This document shows, piece after piece, positions 38,184-47,466 of a DNA stretch of 64,000 bases (its first letter is position 1; the number at the start of each line of letters is the position of its first letter). Under the pieces are notes generated by a model. It was given only the letters and a program-made list of their open reading frames with translations. It was not told the origin of the DNA and searched no databases. The stretch comes from an uncultured Gemmatimonadales bacterium (GTDB lineage Bacteria; Gemmatimonadota; Gemmatimonadetes; Gemmatimonadales; GWC2-71-9): the NCBI GenBank assembly GCA_963795085.1, contig CAWCFX010000003.1:1-64000 (forward strand), written 5' to 3'. The position numbers and the translations under genes were made by a program.

Positions 38184-38212
38184 CATCGCCAATACGCCGC
38201 CGGGCCGATGGA

Positions 38213-38971
38213 TCAGGCCAGGCCAAACAGGCGCGCCGCGTTGCGGCCCGTCGCCTCGATGACCTCAGCCACGTCCAGCGATCGCACCTGCGCGATCTGC
38301 TCAGCCACCCGGCGCACGAAGGCGGGCTCATTACGCTGACCCCGAAAGGGCGCTGGCGCAAGGTAGGGAGCATCGGTCTCCAGGAGGATCCGGTCGAGAG
38401 GGACCGCGCGGATCGCCTCGTCCATGCCCCAGTTCCGGAAGGTGATCATGCCGCTGAACGAGACGTAGCACCCCAGCGCCAGCCCCGCCTCCAGCAGGGG
38501 CATTCCACTGCTGAACGAGTGCAGGACGACCACCGTACCGGGCTGGTTTCGGAGAATGGCGGCCACGTCGGCATCGGCCTCGCGGGCGTGGATGACCGCT
38601 GGACGGCCCAGCCGGCCGGCCAGGGCCAGCTGGGTTTCGAAGACGCGCCGCTGGATGTCCCGGGGGGAATGATCGTAATGGTAATCGAGGCCCATCTCCC
38701 CGGCCGCCACGATCCGGCGATGGACCAGAGTCGTTTCCAGCCACGCCGCCGTCTCGGCGTCCCACCCGGATGCGTCATGGGGATGAATGCCCGCCGTCGC
38801 CCAGATCCGGTCATCGCCGGCCGCCAGCCGGAGGGCGGCCTCGGACGCGGGGCGGGATTCACCGATCACCACCAGGTGGGCGACTCCGGCCTCCCAGGCC
38901 CGCGCCAGCACCTGCTCCAGGTCATCCTGGAAGGCAGCGGCGGCGAGATGGCAGTGGGAGTCGACTAACAA
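38213..38971 (-). CDS. tatD: TatD-family hydrolase
   Basis: DSHCH, GIHPH, GEMGLDY, IHAREA, LLETDAPYL; probable TTG start at 38971. Confidence 0.95.
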   Translation of the reverse strand: MLVDSHCHLAAAAFQDDLEQVLARAWEAGVAHLVVIGESRPASEAALRLAAGDDRIWATAGIHPHDASGWDAETAAWLETTLVHRRIVAAGEMGLDYHYDHSPRDIQRRVFETQLALAGRLGRPAVIHAREADADVAAILRNQPGTVVVLHSFSSGMPLLEAGLALGCYVSFSGMITFRNWGMDEAIRAVPLDRILLETDAPYLAPAPFRGQRNEPAFVRRVAEQIAQVRSLDVAEVIEATGRNAARLFGLA

Positions 38972-39016
38972 GGGGGCAAGGGGGCAAGGGGGCAAGAGGG
39001 CAAGGGGGCAAGAGGT
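38969..39016. repeat. Tandem octamer CAAG(G/A)GGG x6
   Basis: Six near-perfect copies overlapping the tatD start. Confidence 0.9.
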
Positions 39017-39040
39017 CGCAGCAGAAACTTGCCGTAGGCG

Positions 39041-39065
39041 CTCCCTTCCCCGAAGGGGAAGGGAG
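39041..39065 (-). other. Perfect hairpin downstream of secF (possible terminator or stabiliser)
   Basis: CTCCCTTCCCC-GAA-GGGGAAGGGAG; forms a cUUCGg tetraloop on the minus strand; no adjacent U tract. Confidence 0.6.
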
Positions 39066-39094
39066 ACGTGGTGTCTGTACTCGGACCTGCCGCG

Positions 39095-40057
39095 CTAGAC
39101 CGTCTGCACCTTCCGCTTGGGCGGCGTCGTTTTCTTGAGGCCGCGCACGTCCGCGCCGGGCCAGCGCTGTTCGATGGCAAAGAGAACTGGCGAGGCGATG
39201 AAAATAGAGGAGAACGTGCCGACCACCACGCCGAAGAGCATCACCAGCGCGAAGGGGCGGATGACCTCGCCGCCCAGCGCGGCCAGCGCGATCAGGGTGC
39301 CGAAGGAGGTGCCGCCGGTGAGGACCGTCCGGGGCAGCGTCTCGTTGACGGACCGGTTCAATACCTCGATAAAATTGGCCCGCTTGGAGGTGTGCAGGTT
39401 TTCCCGGATCCGGTCAAAGATGACGATGGTGTCGTTGAGTGAATAACCGACCACCGAGAGGATCGCCGCGACCACGAACAGGCTGACCTCGAGGCGCAGC
39501 AGGGACATGAAGGCGATGGTGGCCAGGATGTCGTGCCCGGTGGCCGCGATCGCCGCGAGCCCGAAGCGCCACTCGAACCGGTAGGCGAGGTAGAGCAGCA
39601 CCGCCCCGAAGGAGAGCAGGATGGCCAGGAAGGCCTGCTGCCGAAGCTCGCCGCTGACCTTGGGACTGGCTGCCGCGGTCCGCAGGAGCTCGTAGTTCCC
39701 CGCGCCCACCAGCGCGTCGAGCGCCTGGGTGACAGCGCCCGAGGTCGCCTGGGTATCATCGGCATCGGTGCCCTGCTTGGCGGTTCGGGCCCGGATGACG
39801 ACCTCGCGCTCCGACCCGAAGGTCTGGATCTCGGCCCCCTCGATGCCCTGGGCCGCGAGCTGGTTGCGCAGGGCACCCACGTCCACCGGCTGGGTGGCCT
39901 GGACCTGGATCAGGGTTCCGCCGGTAAACTCGATGCTGTAGTTGAAACCCAGCACCGCGGCGAGAATGAGCCCGGGAATGAGGACGGCCGCCGTGATGAC
40001 GTAGGCTTTCTTCCTCATGCCGAGGAAGTCGTACTTGGCGTTGGCGAAGAGTCTCAT
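39095..40057 (-). CDS. secF: Protein translocase subunit SecF
   Basis: SIEFTGGT, GYSLNDTIVIFDRIRE, GTFSSIFIA. Confidence 0.97.
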   Translation of the reverse strand: MRLFANAKYDFLGMRKKAYVITAAVLIPGLILAAVLGFNYSIEFTGGTLIQVQATQPVDVGALRNQLAAQGIEGAEIQTFGSEREVVIRARTAKQGTDADDTQATSGAVTQALDALVGAGNYELLRTAAASPKVSGELRQQAFLAILLSFGAVLLYLAYRFEWRFGLAAIAATGHDILATIAFMSLLRLEVSLFVVAAILSVVGYSLNDTIVIFDRIRENLHTSKRANFIEVLNRSVNETLPRTVLTGGTSFGTLIALAALGGEVIRPFALVMLFGVVVGTFSSIFIASPVLFAIEQRWPGADVRGLKKTTPPKRKVQTV

Positions 40058-40058
40058 G

Positions 40059-41696
40059 TCAGATGCTCAAGGTTTTCATGGCGGGCTTCCGCTCCAGCCA
40101 GATCATGAAGAAGGTCCGGGTCACGAAGATCGCCGTCACCATCGACGCGGCGATACCCATGATCAGGGTGACGGCAAAGCCCCGGACCGGGCCGGTGCCG
40201 AACTGGAAGAGGAACGCCGCCGTCAACGCGGTGGTCACGTTGGAGTCGATGATGGCGCTCATCGCGTTCTTGAAGCCTTCGTCGATGGCCAGCCTGATGG
40301 TCTTGCCGAGCGCCAGTTCCTCGCGGATCCGCTCGAAGATGAGGACGTTGGCGTCCACCGCGATCCCGATGGACAGCGCCAGGCCGGCCAGGCCGGGCAG
40401 CGTCAGCGTGGCGCCCAGCGCGGCCAGGCCCCCCACCGAGAAGACCATGTACAACAGCAGGGCCAGGATGGCCAACACGCCCGCCAGGCGGTAGTACAGG
40501 ACCATGACCAGGACGACGAAGGCGGTCCCGATGACGCTGGCCCAGATGCCTGCCCGGATGGCGTCCTTGCCCAGGCTGGGGCCGACCTGCCGTTCGTCCA
40601 CGATCTTGAGGGGGATCGGCAGGGCACCGGCCTTGAGCGTCAGGGCCAGGTCCTGGGCCTCCTGAATGCTTCGCCCCGCCAGGGTGATCTGCCCGTTGCG
40701 GTTGATCTGGCTCTGGATTACCGGGGGACGGCCCTGCACCCGGTCATCCAGGATGATCGCCATGTAATCGTTCACGTGGGCCGCGGTCTTTCGGCCGAAC
40801 GTCCGGCCGCCGCTCCGGCTCAGGGTGAAGGTGACGATGGCGCCCTGGGTGACCGGGTCCAGCTGGGCCGCGGCGTCTTCCAGCGATTCACCGGTGATCA
40901 TGACGTCATTGTCCAGCACGTAGAGCATGCGGTAGGGCTGAGCGCCGATGGAGAGTTGGGTCGAGGCCCACCGCCAGGTCACTCCGCGCGGCAGCAGCCG
41001 GGCCACATCCGGGATCCGGAGCGCGCTGTCCACCCGGACCCAGGCCGCTTCGGGCACCGCGTACTCGCCCGCCATGGGCTGCAGCCCGACCTCCCCGGAC
41101 GGGCGCACCAGCCCGGCCAGCAGGCCGCCGAGCACCTCCGTAGTGTCGGGGCCGGCGTCGGCGGAATCGCCGCCCAGCAGCTCGCTCACCGCGGAAGGGG
41201 CGTCCACCTGGCCAGGTCCGGCACTGACGCCCAGCTGACGGAGAATCCGGTCCATGGCCGGAATCGCCTTCTCCAGCGCGGCCGTCTCGTCGGTTATCCG
41301 GAACTCGAGCGCCGCGGTCCGCTGGACGATGGCCTTGGCGCGCGCCGGATCGTCGATCCCGGGCAACTCCACCACGATGCGGTCGTCGCCGACCTTCTGG
41401 ACCAGGGGCTCGGCCACGCCGAACTCATCGATCCGCTTGCGCATCACGGTCAGCGCCAGCTCGAGGTCGCGGGCCGGGTCGCTGGACCGGGTCCTCGACT
41501 GGTCCAGTTCGAGCGCCAGGTGCATTCCCCCCTGGAGGTCGAGGCCGAGGGCCGGGCGGGTCAGCGTCTGGAGGGTGTCCACCGGGCGGCCGTTGATGAC
41601 CGTGCGGACTCGGACCTTGGTCGGCACCATCTGCCAGACGCAGATCGCGATCATGACGACGATGACGATCAGTCGGGATCGAATGGATGAAAGCAT
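40059..41696 (-). CDS. secD: Protein translocase subunit SecD
   Basis: LGLDLQGG, RIDEFGVAEP, LKAGALP, AVDANVLIFERIREE. Confidence 0.97.
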   Translation of the reverse strand: MLSSIRSRLIVIVVMIAICVWQMVPTKVRVRTVINGRPVDTLQTLTRPALGLDLQGGMHLALELDQSRTRSSDPARDLELALTVMRKRIDEFGVAEPLVQKVGDDRIVVELPGIDDPARAKAIVQRTAALEFRITDETAALEKAIPAMDRILRQLGVSAGPGQVDAPSAVSELLGGDSADAGPDTTEVLGGLLAGLVRPSGEVGLQPMAGEYAVPEAAWVRVDSALRIPDVARLLPRGVTWRWASTQLSIGAQPYRMLYVLDNDVMITGESLEDAAAQLDPVTQGAIVTFTLSRSGGRTFGRKTAAHVNDYMAIILDDRVQGRPPVIQSQINRNGQITLAGRSIQEAQDLALTLKAGALPIPLKIVDERQVGPSLGKDAIRAGIWASVIGTAFVVLVMVLYYRLAGVLAILALLLYMVFSVGGLAALGATLTLPGLAGLALSIGIAVDANVLIFERIREELALGKTIRLAIDEGFKNAMSAIIDSNVTTALTAAFLFQFGTGPVRGFAVTLIMGIAASMVTAIFVTRTFFMIWLERKPAMKTLSI

Positions 41697-41765
41697 GGTT
41701 CCTTTGTCGCTGCGCGTCGTAATGCAGGGGGCCGTGGTCCAGGAGGCCAGTGGGCCATCCCCGCG

Positions 41766-42686
41766 TCAATCCTGGTGACTCAGTACATCCCTTGCCTGCC
41801 GCCGATCGGCCTCCAGTTGCACCCGCAACCGCTCCGCCGAGTCGAACGTCATGGTGTCCCGCAGCCGCGCGGCCCATTCCACCCGGACCCAGTGCCCGTA
41901 GAGGTCGCCGTCGAAGCCGAAAAGGTGGGCTTCGATACTGCGCGACGTGTCGCCGAAGGTGGGCCGGGGTCCCTGGTTGAGCATCCCGCCAAAACGGCCC
42001 AGCCGCGTCTCCACCCACACCGCGTACACCCCGTCCGGGGGAAACAGCTTGTTGTCCGGCACTTCGCCCAGGTTGAGGGTCGGGATGCCGAGGGTGCGGC
42101 CCCGGCCCGCCCCCGCCACCACCCGGCCGGAGACCGAGTAGGGACGGCCCAGCAGCCGCGCCGCTCCCGCCAGGTCTCCCCCCATCACCTGCCGGCGGAT
42201 GTGGGTGCTGGACACCGGGTGGCCGCCCACTTCTACCGGGCTTACGATATCTACCGCGAAACCATCCTGCGATCCCAGCCGGCGCAGAGTGTCCGCGTCG
42301 CCGCTGCGGCCCCGTCCGAAACCGTGGTCGTGGCCGATCACCAGTTCCTTCATGTTGAAACAGCGCTGGAGGACATCGCGCACAAACTCCTCGGGCGCCA
42401 GCGCCGCCAGCCGGCGGTCGAAGCGGAGGAACACGACGTAGTCCAGTTCCGTTTGTGCCAGCACCTCACGGCGTTCACTGCGGCTGGTAAGGAGCGGGGG
42501 CGCCGCCTGGGGGTTCACCACCTCGAGCGGGTGAGGCTCGAAGGTCACCAGCAGGCTCTTTCGCCCCGCCGCCCGGGCCCGGTGCGCGATCTCCGCGAGG
42601 ACGGCGCGGTGCCCCGGGTGCACGCCGTCAAAGGAGCCCACCGTTACGGTCGTCCCCTGGGCCAGTTCCGGATATCGCCCCATCAC
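41766..42686 (-). CDS. ribF: Riboflavin kinase/FAD synthetase
   Basis: GSFDGVHPGH, TFEPHP, GRTLGIPTLN, G.RPTF, IEAHL. Confidence 0.96.
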   Translation of the reverse strand: MMGRYPELAQGTTVTVGSFDGVHPGHRAVLAEIAHRARAAGRKSLLVTFEPHPLEVVNPQAAPPLLTSRSERREVLAQTELDYVVFLRFDRRLAALAPEEFVRDVLQRCFNMKELVIGHDHGFGRGRSGDADTLRRLGSQDGFAVDIVSPVEVGGHPVSSTHIRRQVMGGDLAGAARLLGRPYSVSGRVVAGAGRGRTLGIPTLNLGEVPDNKLFPPDGVYAVWVETRLGRFGGMLNQGPRPTFGDTSRSIEAHLFGFDGDLYGHWVRVEWAARLRDTMTFDSAERLRVQLEADRRQARDVLSHQD

Positions 42687-43522
42687 CCTCCCTCCAGGAC
42701 GACCACCGGCCGCAGCAGGCCACCGTCGGTCCGGCCGATAGCAACCAGGGCGCCGTTCAGCACCAGTTGCAGCGCCTCCGCCGCGGCTGCCTCCCGGCGA
42801 ACCGGCCGGCCGTGGCGGATGTCGTTCGCCTCCGCGTCGGTCAGCTCGATCTGCGGAAGGTGCGCCAGCACCGACGCCACCGGGCGAAGGGCGGCCAGGT
42901 CCAGCCGGTCCAGCGGGACCGCGTCATCGATCCGGATGCCGCCGACCGCTTCCCGCCGCAGGCTGTCCAGGTGGCCACCCACGCCCAGCCGTTCACCCAG
43001 GTCCCGGGCCAGGGCCCGGATATACGTCCCGGCACTCACCTCGACCCGAAACGTCACCAGGGGCAGGGCGATCTCGAGGGGCTCGATCCGGTGCACCATC
43101 ACCTCGACGGGAGCCAACTCCACCGCCTCTCCCTTCCGGGCCCGACGGTAACTGCGCTCGCCGGCCACCTTCTTGGCGGAAAAGGCGGGCGGGGTCTGCC
43201 GCTGCGGACCGGTCATGCCGAGCAGGCACCCCGCCACCGCGTCCCAGGCCAGCGTGGCGGCATCGGATTCCGGACCGAGCCGGTCTCCGGTCCGGTCGTC
43301 GGTGGTAGTCCGGAATCCCAGGCGGGCAGTGGCCAGGTACAGCTTGCTCTGCTGCTGGACGAACCGGGCCAGCCGGGTCGCCCGGCCGATGAGGACCACG
43401 AGCAGTCCGGTGGCGAAGGGATCCAGCGTCCCCGTGTGGCCGACCGCCCGCGTTTTCAGCACCCGGCGGACCCGCGCCACCACGTCATGGGACGTGAGGC
43501 CCTCCGGCTTGTCGATCAGCAA
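42683..43522 (-). CDS. truB: tRNA pseudouridine(55) synthase
   Basis: DKPEGLTSHDVV, GHTGTLDPFATG, GTYIRALARDLG. Confidence 0.96.
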   Translation of the reverse strand: MLIDKPEGLTSHDVVARVRRVLKTRAVGHTGTLDPFATGLLVVLIGRATRLARFVQQQSKLYLATARLGFRTTTDDRTGDRLGPESDAATLAWDAVAGCLLGMTGPQRQTPPAFSAKKVAGERSYRRARKGEAVELAPVEVMVHRIEPLEIALPLVTFRVEVSAGTYIRALARDLGERLGVGGHLDSLRREAVGGIRIDDAVPLDRLDLAALRPVASVLAHLPQIELTDAEANDIRHGRPVRREAAAAEALQLVLNGALVAIGRTDGGLLRPVVVLEGG

Positions 43523-43530
43523 CGCCCCGG

Positions 43531-43896
43531 TCAGCCCTGGTCCTCCGGCCTGATATCGGCCAGCAGCGCGTTGATGCGCGCCGCGTGCTCCAGCCCCCGG
43601 TCCAGCGCGAAGTGCAGTTCGGGCACGGTGCGGGTGCTCAGGGCCCGGGTGAGCTTCGTGCGGAGAAAGCCGCGGGCGCTCGCCAGGCCCTCCAGCGCCC
43701 GGATCTTCTCCTCCTCCTCGCCCATCACGCTGACCAGCAGCTTGGCATGGGAGAGATCGCCGCTTACCTCGACGCCGGTCACCGTCACGAAACCCACGCG
43801 GGGATCCCGGATCGCGGTCGCCAGCGCCTCCGCCACCACCTGCCGTACCGTTTCGGCGATCTGCTCCGGCCGCCGCCCGCCGCCTCGTTTCTTCAT
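43531..43896 (-). CDS. rbfA: Ribosome-binding factor A
   Basis: IRDPRVGFVTVT.VEVSGDL, VPELHF. Confidence 0.96.
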   Translation of the reverse strand: MKKRGGGRRPEQIAETVRQVVAEALATAIRDPRVGFVTVTGVEVSGDLSHAKLLVSVMGEEEEKIRALEGLASARGFLRTKLTRALSTRTVPELHFALDRGLEHAARINALLADIRPEDQG

Positions 43897-43922
43897 ATCG
43901 CTACACCGGGCGATCTGCCCGC

Positions 43923-44204
43923 CTAGAAAAAAGTCGTCGCGCTATCAATGATGCGAACGCCGTCCGCCCGCTCCACCACCCGGTCCGCCGAGCGGAGCAC
44001 CTCCTCCGCCACGCGCCGCTCGCTCGCCACCGTAGTGCAGGCAATCTCGGCCCGCTGCCAGGCGTCCTGGTGGCCGGTTTCGGCCACCGCGATGTTCAGC
44101 CCGTGCCGGAGCGCGGCCTTGAGCGACTGCAGGATCGACCGCTTGTCCTTGAGCGAATGGCAGCCATGAAGCTGCAAGTCCCACTGGCGGATGCCGACAA
44201 TCAC
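43923..44204 (-). CDS. DUF503 (YlxP-like) protein
   Basis: HSLKDKRS, NIAVAETGHQD.WQ; typical position between infB and rbfA. Confidence 0.9.
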   Translation of the reverse strand: MIVGIRQWDLQLHGCHSLKDKRSILQSLKAALRHGLNIAVAETGHQDAWQRAEIACTTVASERRVAEEVLRSADRVVERADGVRIIDSATTFF

Positions 44205-44292
44205 GGGACGATGACCGATGGGTGATCAGCCATGAGCGAACGCCCTCACCCGGCTGCGCCTGCCCAGGGGCTTCTCTCCATGCGCCGATGAA

Positions 44293-47091
44293 TCAGACCG
44301 CCCCCGTCGTCGCCGACGATTCCAGGGTCCGTTTCACCTCTTCCAGGCGGAACGATTCGATCCGGTCGCCGACCTTGAGATCGTTGAAGTTCTCGATCCC
44401 GATGCCGCACTCGAGGCCTTCCCGAACTTCCCGGACATCGTCCTTGAAGCGCTTGAGGCTGGACAGAGCCCCGGTATAGACGGCCACCCCGTCGCGGACC
44501 ACGCGGCCCTTGGCGGTGCGCTGGATGGTGCCGCTTCGCACCGTGCAGCCGGCGATGGTACCGACCTTGCTCACCTTGAACAGCTGCATCACCTCGGCCT
44601 CGCCCAGCACGGTTTCCTTTTCTTCCGGCTTGAGCAGGCCTTCCAGCGCGTTGCGGACGTCCTCGACCGCCTCGTAGATGATGCGATAGGTCCGCACGTC
44701 CACCTGTTCCCGCTCCGCGGCGGCACGGGCGTTGGAATCGGGCCGCACGTGGAAGCCCAGCACCATCGCGCCGGAGGCCTTGGCCAGCAGGATATCGCTC
44801 TCGGTGATGGCCCCGACGCCGCGGTGGACGACGTCCACCCGGACTTCGTCGGTACCCAGCTGGGCCAGCGCGTCGGCCAGCGCTTCGGCCGGTCCGCCCT
44901 GGTCTGCCTTGATGATCAGCCGCAGCTGGCCGACCCGGCCTTCCTGCATGGCCCGGGAGAGATCCTCCAGCGTGCCCCCGCGCGTGGTGCGCCGGTTCTG
45001 CGCCTCCCGTTCCAGCCGCTGCCGCTTCTGGGCGATCTCCCGGGCCTCGTTCGCTTCCGCCACGACGGCGAAGTTATCGCCCGCGGCGGGAACGCCTTCG
45101 AAGCCGAGAATCTGCACCGGGATCGAGGGGCCCGCTTCCTTCACCGTCTTGCCGCGCTCGTCATACATGGCGCGGACCCGCCCGGAATACTTGCCGCAGA
45201 TGAAGTTGTCGCCCTGGCTGAGTTTGCCCTTCTGCACCAGGATGGTGGCCAGCGGACCCTTCCCAGGGTCCAGCGTCGCTTCCAGCACGGTCCCCTGGGC
45301 GGCCCGCTCGTGGTTGGCCTTGAGGTCGAGGATTTCGGCCTGCAGGAGCAACTGGTCGAGCAGCTGGTCGATGTTGGTGCCCTTCTTGGCCGAGATCTGG
45401 GTGGAGAGCACGTTGCCGCCGAACTCCTCCAACACCACGCTGTGCTGCAGCAGGTCCTGCTTGACCTTCTGCACGTTGGCCGAGGGAAGATCCACCTTGT
45501 TGATCGCCACGATCATGGGCACGCCGGCATTCCTGGCGTGGCTGATCGCCTCGACTGTCTGCGGCATGACCTGGTCATCGGCCGCGACCACCAGCACCAC
45601 GATATCGGTCACCTGGGCGCCCCGGGCCCGCATGGCGGTGAACGCCTGGTGGCCCGGGGTGTCGAGGAAGGTGATCGCCTTGCCGTTGGCCAGCTCCACG
45701 TGGTAGGCGCCGATGTGCTGGGTGATCCCGCCGGCTTCGCCGGCCACGATGTTGGCCTTCCGGATGTAGTCCAGCAGCGAGGTCTTCCCGTGGTCCACGT
45801 GGCCCATCACGGTGACGACCGGGGGGCGGGACGCGAGCGACCCTTCCGCCTCCGCTTCTTCCTGGGTCTCCGGCTGGGCGGCGTACTCCGATTCCCGCAC
45901 CGCCTCGAACCCGAACGCCGAGGCGATCAGTTCGATCTGGTCGAAGTCGAGGCGCTGGTTTACCGTGACCATGAGGCCCAGTTCCTTGAACGCGAACTGG
46001 ACGATCTGAGTCGCGGATACCTTCATGGACTCGGCCAGTTCGCTGACCGAGACGAACTCGTTCACATGGATCCGGGTCTTCTCCCGTTCCTTCTCCTGGG
46101 CGGCCAGGCCGGCCTGCACGTCCCGGTAGCTGGGTTCATCGGAGCGGCGGCCCTTGCGGCCTTCCTTGCCGCCGCGGACCTGCTGCATGGTCTTGAGGAT
46201 GTTGTCGCGCACCGCGTCCTGATCCACCTGCGACCGCTTGCCTTTCTTGCCTTTCTTGCGCCCGCCGCCCGGCTGGGCGTCGGGTCCGAAGGTCCTGACC
46301 GGTGAGTGGCGGGACTGGTCGCCGGGCCGGGCCGGCGGGCCGGAGCGTCCGGCGCCGCCGGGCCGGTCGGTGCGCTGCTGGGCACCGCCCGGTCCGCTGC
46401 TGCTGAACACGGGCTTGGGCCCCCGTGCCGGCGTCGAAGGGCGCGAACCGGCCGCCGGGCGCTGGATCCGCTGGGGTATGAAGGGCGCCCGGGTCGGTGT
46501 TGGCGCCGGCTCCCGGCCGGCGGTATCGGCCGGCCGGACCAGCGGCTCCCCTTCGGTCGCCGGGTCATCCGGCAACGGGGGAACGTCCTTGAACAGCGCG
46601 CGGGCCCGCTCTTCCAGCGAGGAGGGCAGGCTGGGCTCCGGGGCCTCGACCACAGTGCGATCAAACTCCAGGGCCATCAGTTCGGCTTCCTTTTCCTTCT
46701 CGGCCTGGGCCTGCGCCTCCGATTCGGCCACCTCGGCGGCCGTACGCCGGCGCCGGGCCGGCTTGGGTTCGGGCACGGCCGCGGGCGCTTCCGCCGCGGC
46801 CTTCGCGGAGCGGCGGGCCGGCTTGGCGGCAGCCTTCTTGGCATCCGTGGAGGGACCGGCCGCGGCTTTCGGCGCTTTGGCGGCGGTGCGCCGTCCCTTC
46901 TTGGGCGCCTCGTCCGCGGCCGTCTTCCGCTTTTCGCGTTCCCACCGGAGCCGGATCTTGGAGACCTGGTCGGCCTCCAGTGCGCTCATGTGGGTGCGCA
47001 CGAAGATGTTCATCTCCCGCAGCAGCCCGAGCAGCTGCTCCGCTTCGATGCCAAACTCCGCCGCCAGGTCGTGCACTCTCGTCTTGACCAC
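44293..47091 (-). CDS. infB: Translation initiation factor IF-2
   Basis: GHVDHGKT, GGITQHIGAY, DTPGH, NKVD. Confidence 0.98.
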   Translation of the reverse strand: MVKTRVHDLAAEFGIEAEQLLGLLREMNIFVRTHMSALEADQVSKIRLRWEREKRKTAADEAPKKGRRTAAKAPKAAAGPSTDAKKAAAKPARRSAKAAAEAPAAVPEPKPARRRRTAAEVAESEAQAQAEKEKEAELMALEFDRTVVEAPEPSLPSSLEERARALFKDVPPLPDDPATEGEPLVRPADTAGREPAPTPTRAPFIPQRIQRPAAGSRPSTPARGPKPVFSSSGPGGAQQRTDRPGGAGRSGPPARPGDQSRHSPVRTFGPDAQPGGGRKKGKKGKRSQVDQDAVRDNILKTMQQVRGGKEGRKGRRSDEPSYRDVQAGLAAQEKEREKTRIHVNEFVSVSELAESMKVSATQIVQFAFKELGLMVTVNQRLDFDQIELIASAFGFEAVRESEYAAQPETQEEAEAEGSLASRPPVVTVMGHVDHGKTSLLDYIRKANIVAGEAGGITQHIGAYHVELANGKAITFLDTPGHQAFTAMRARGAQVTDIVVLVVAADDQVMPQTVEAISHARNAGVPMIVAINKVDLPSANVQKVKQDLLQHSVVLEEFGGNVLSTQISAKKGTNIDQLLDQLLLQAEILDLKANHERAAQGTVLEATLDPGKGPLATILVQKGKLSQGDNFICGKYSGRVRAMYDERGKTVKEAGPSIPVQILGFEGVPAAGDNFAVVAEANEAREIAQKRQRLEREAQNRRTTRGGTLEDLSRAMQEGRVGQLRLIIKADQGGPAEALADALAQLGTDEVRVDVVHRGVGAITESDILLAKASGAMVLGFHVRPDSNARAAAEREQVDVRTYRIIYEAVEDVRNALEGLLKPEEKETVLGEAEVMQLFKVSKVGTIAGCTVRSGTIQRTAKGRVVRDGVAVYTGALSSLKRFKDDVREVREGLECGIGIENFNDLKVGDRIESFRLEEVKRTLESSATTGAV

Positions 47092-47138
47092 TTGTCCTCC
47101 AGAGGATTGCTGATTTCAGACTTCAATTGACGATTGAA

Positions 47139-47173
47139 CAATCGGCAATCGGCAATCGGTCATCGGCAATCGT
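47139..47173. repeat. Tandem heptamer CAATCGG x5 (imperfect)
   Basis: Intergenic upstream of infB; related copies at about 18250-18282. Confidence 0.85.
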
Positions 47174-47466
47174 TATTCGGGCCGGTCATCCAGCCGCATG
47201 ATGCCATCCGCTAACGAGCGGTCCCGCACGCCGACCACCATCACCGGCGGCCGGCCCAGCCTGGTTCCCATCGCGTCCGCCGGGGGCCCCGGGACAATGG
47301 GGATCTCCCGGGCCCGGGCCAGTGCCACCACTTTCCCGACCGCCCGGGCACTGGCATCCGCCGCCAGCACCAGGCACCAGAACTCGTCCCGCTGCAATCC
47401 CCCGCGCACTCCGTCCACTCCGACCACCAGGTTGCCGGCCCGGAGTCCCAGTCCCAGCAGGCCCAT
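47173..47466 (-). CDS. Ribosomal L7Ae-family protein (YlxQ-like)
   Basis: GLLGLGLRAG.LVVG, LAADAS; lies between nusA and infB. Confidence 0.85.
   Translation of the reverse strand: MGLLGLGLRAGNLVVGVDGVRGGLQRDEFWCLVLAADASARAVGKVVALARAREIPIVPGPPADAMGTRLGRPPVMVVGVRDRSLADGIMRLDDRPE

Noticed and set aside
38140..38195. Fluoride or ZTP riboswitch before fhs
   Set aside because: GGCGATGAGG resembles the fluoride aptamer start, but the P1 partner and CTGAT element are missing; the ZTP core motifs are also absent.
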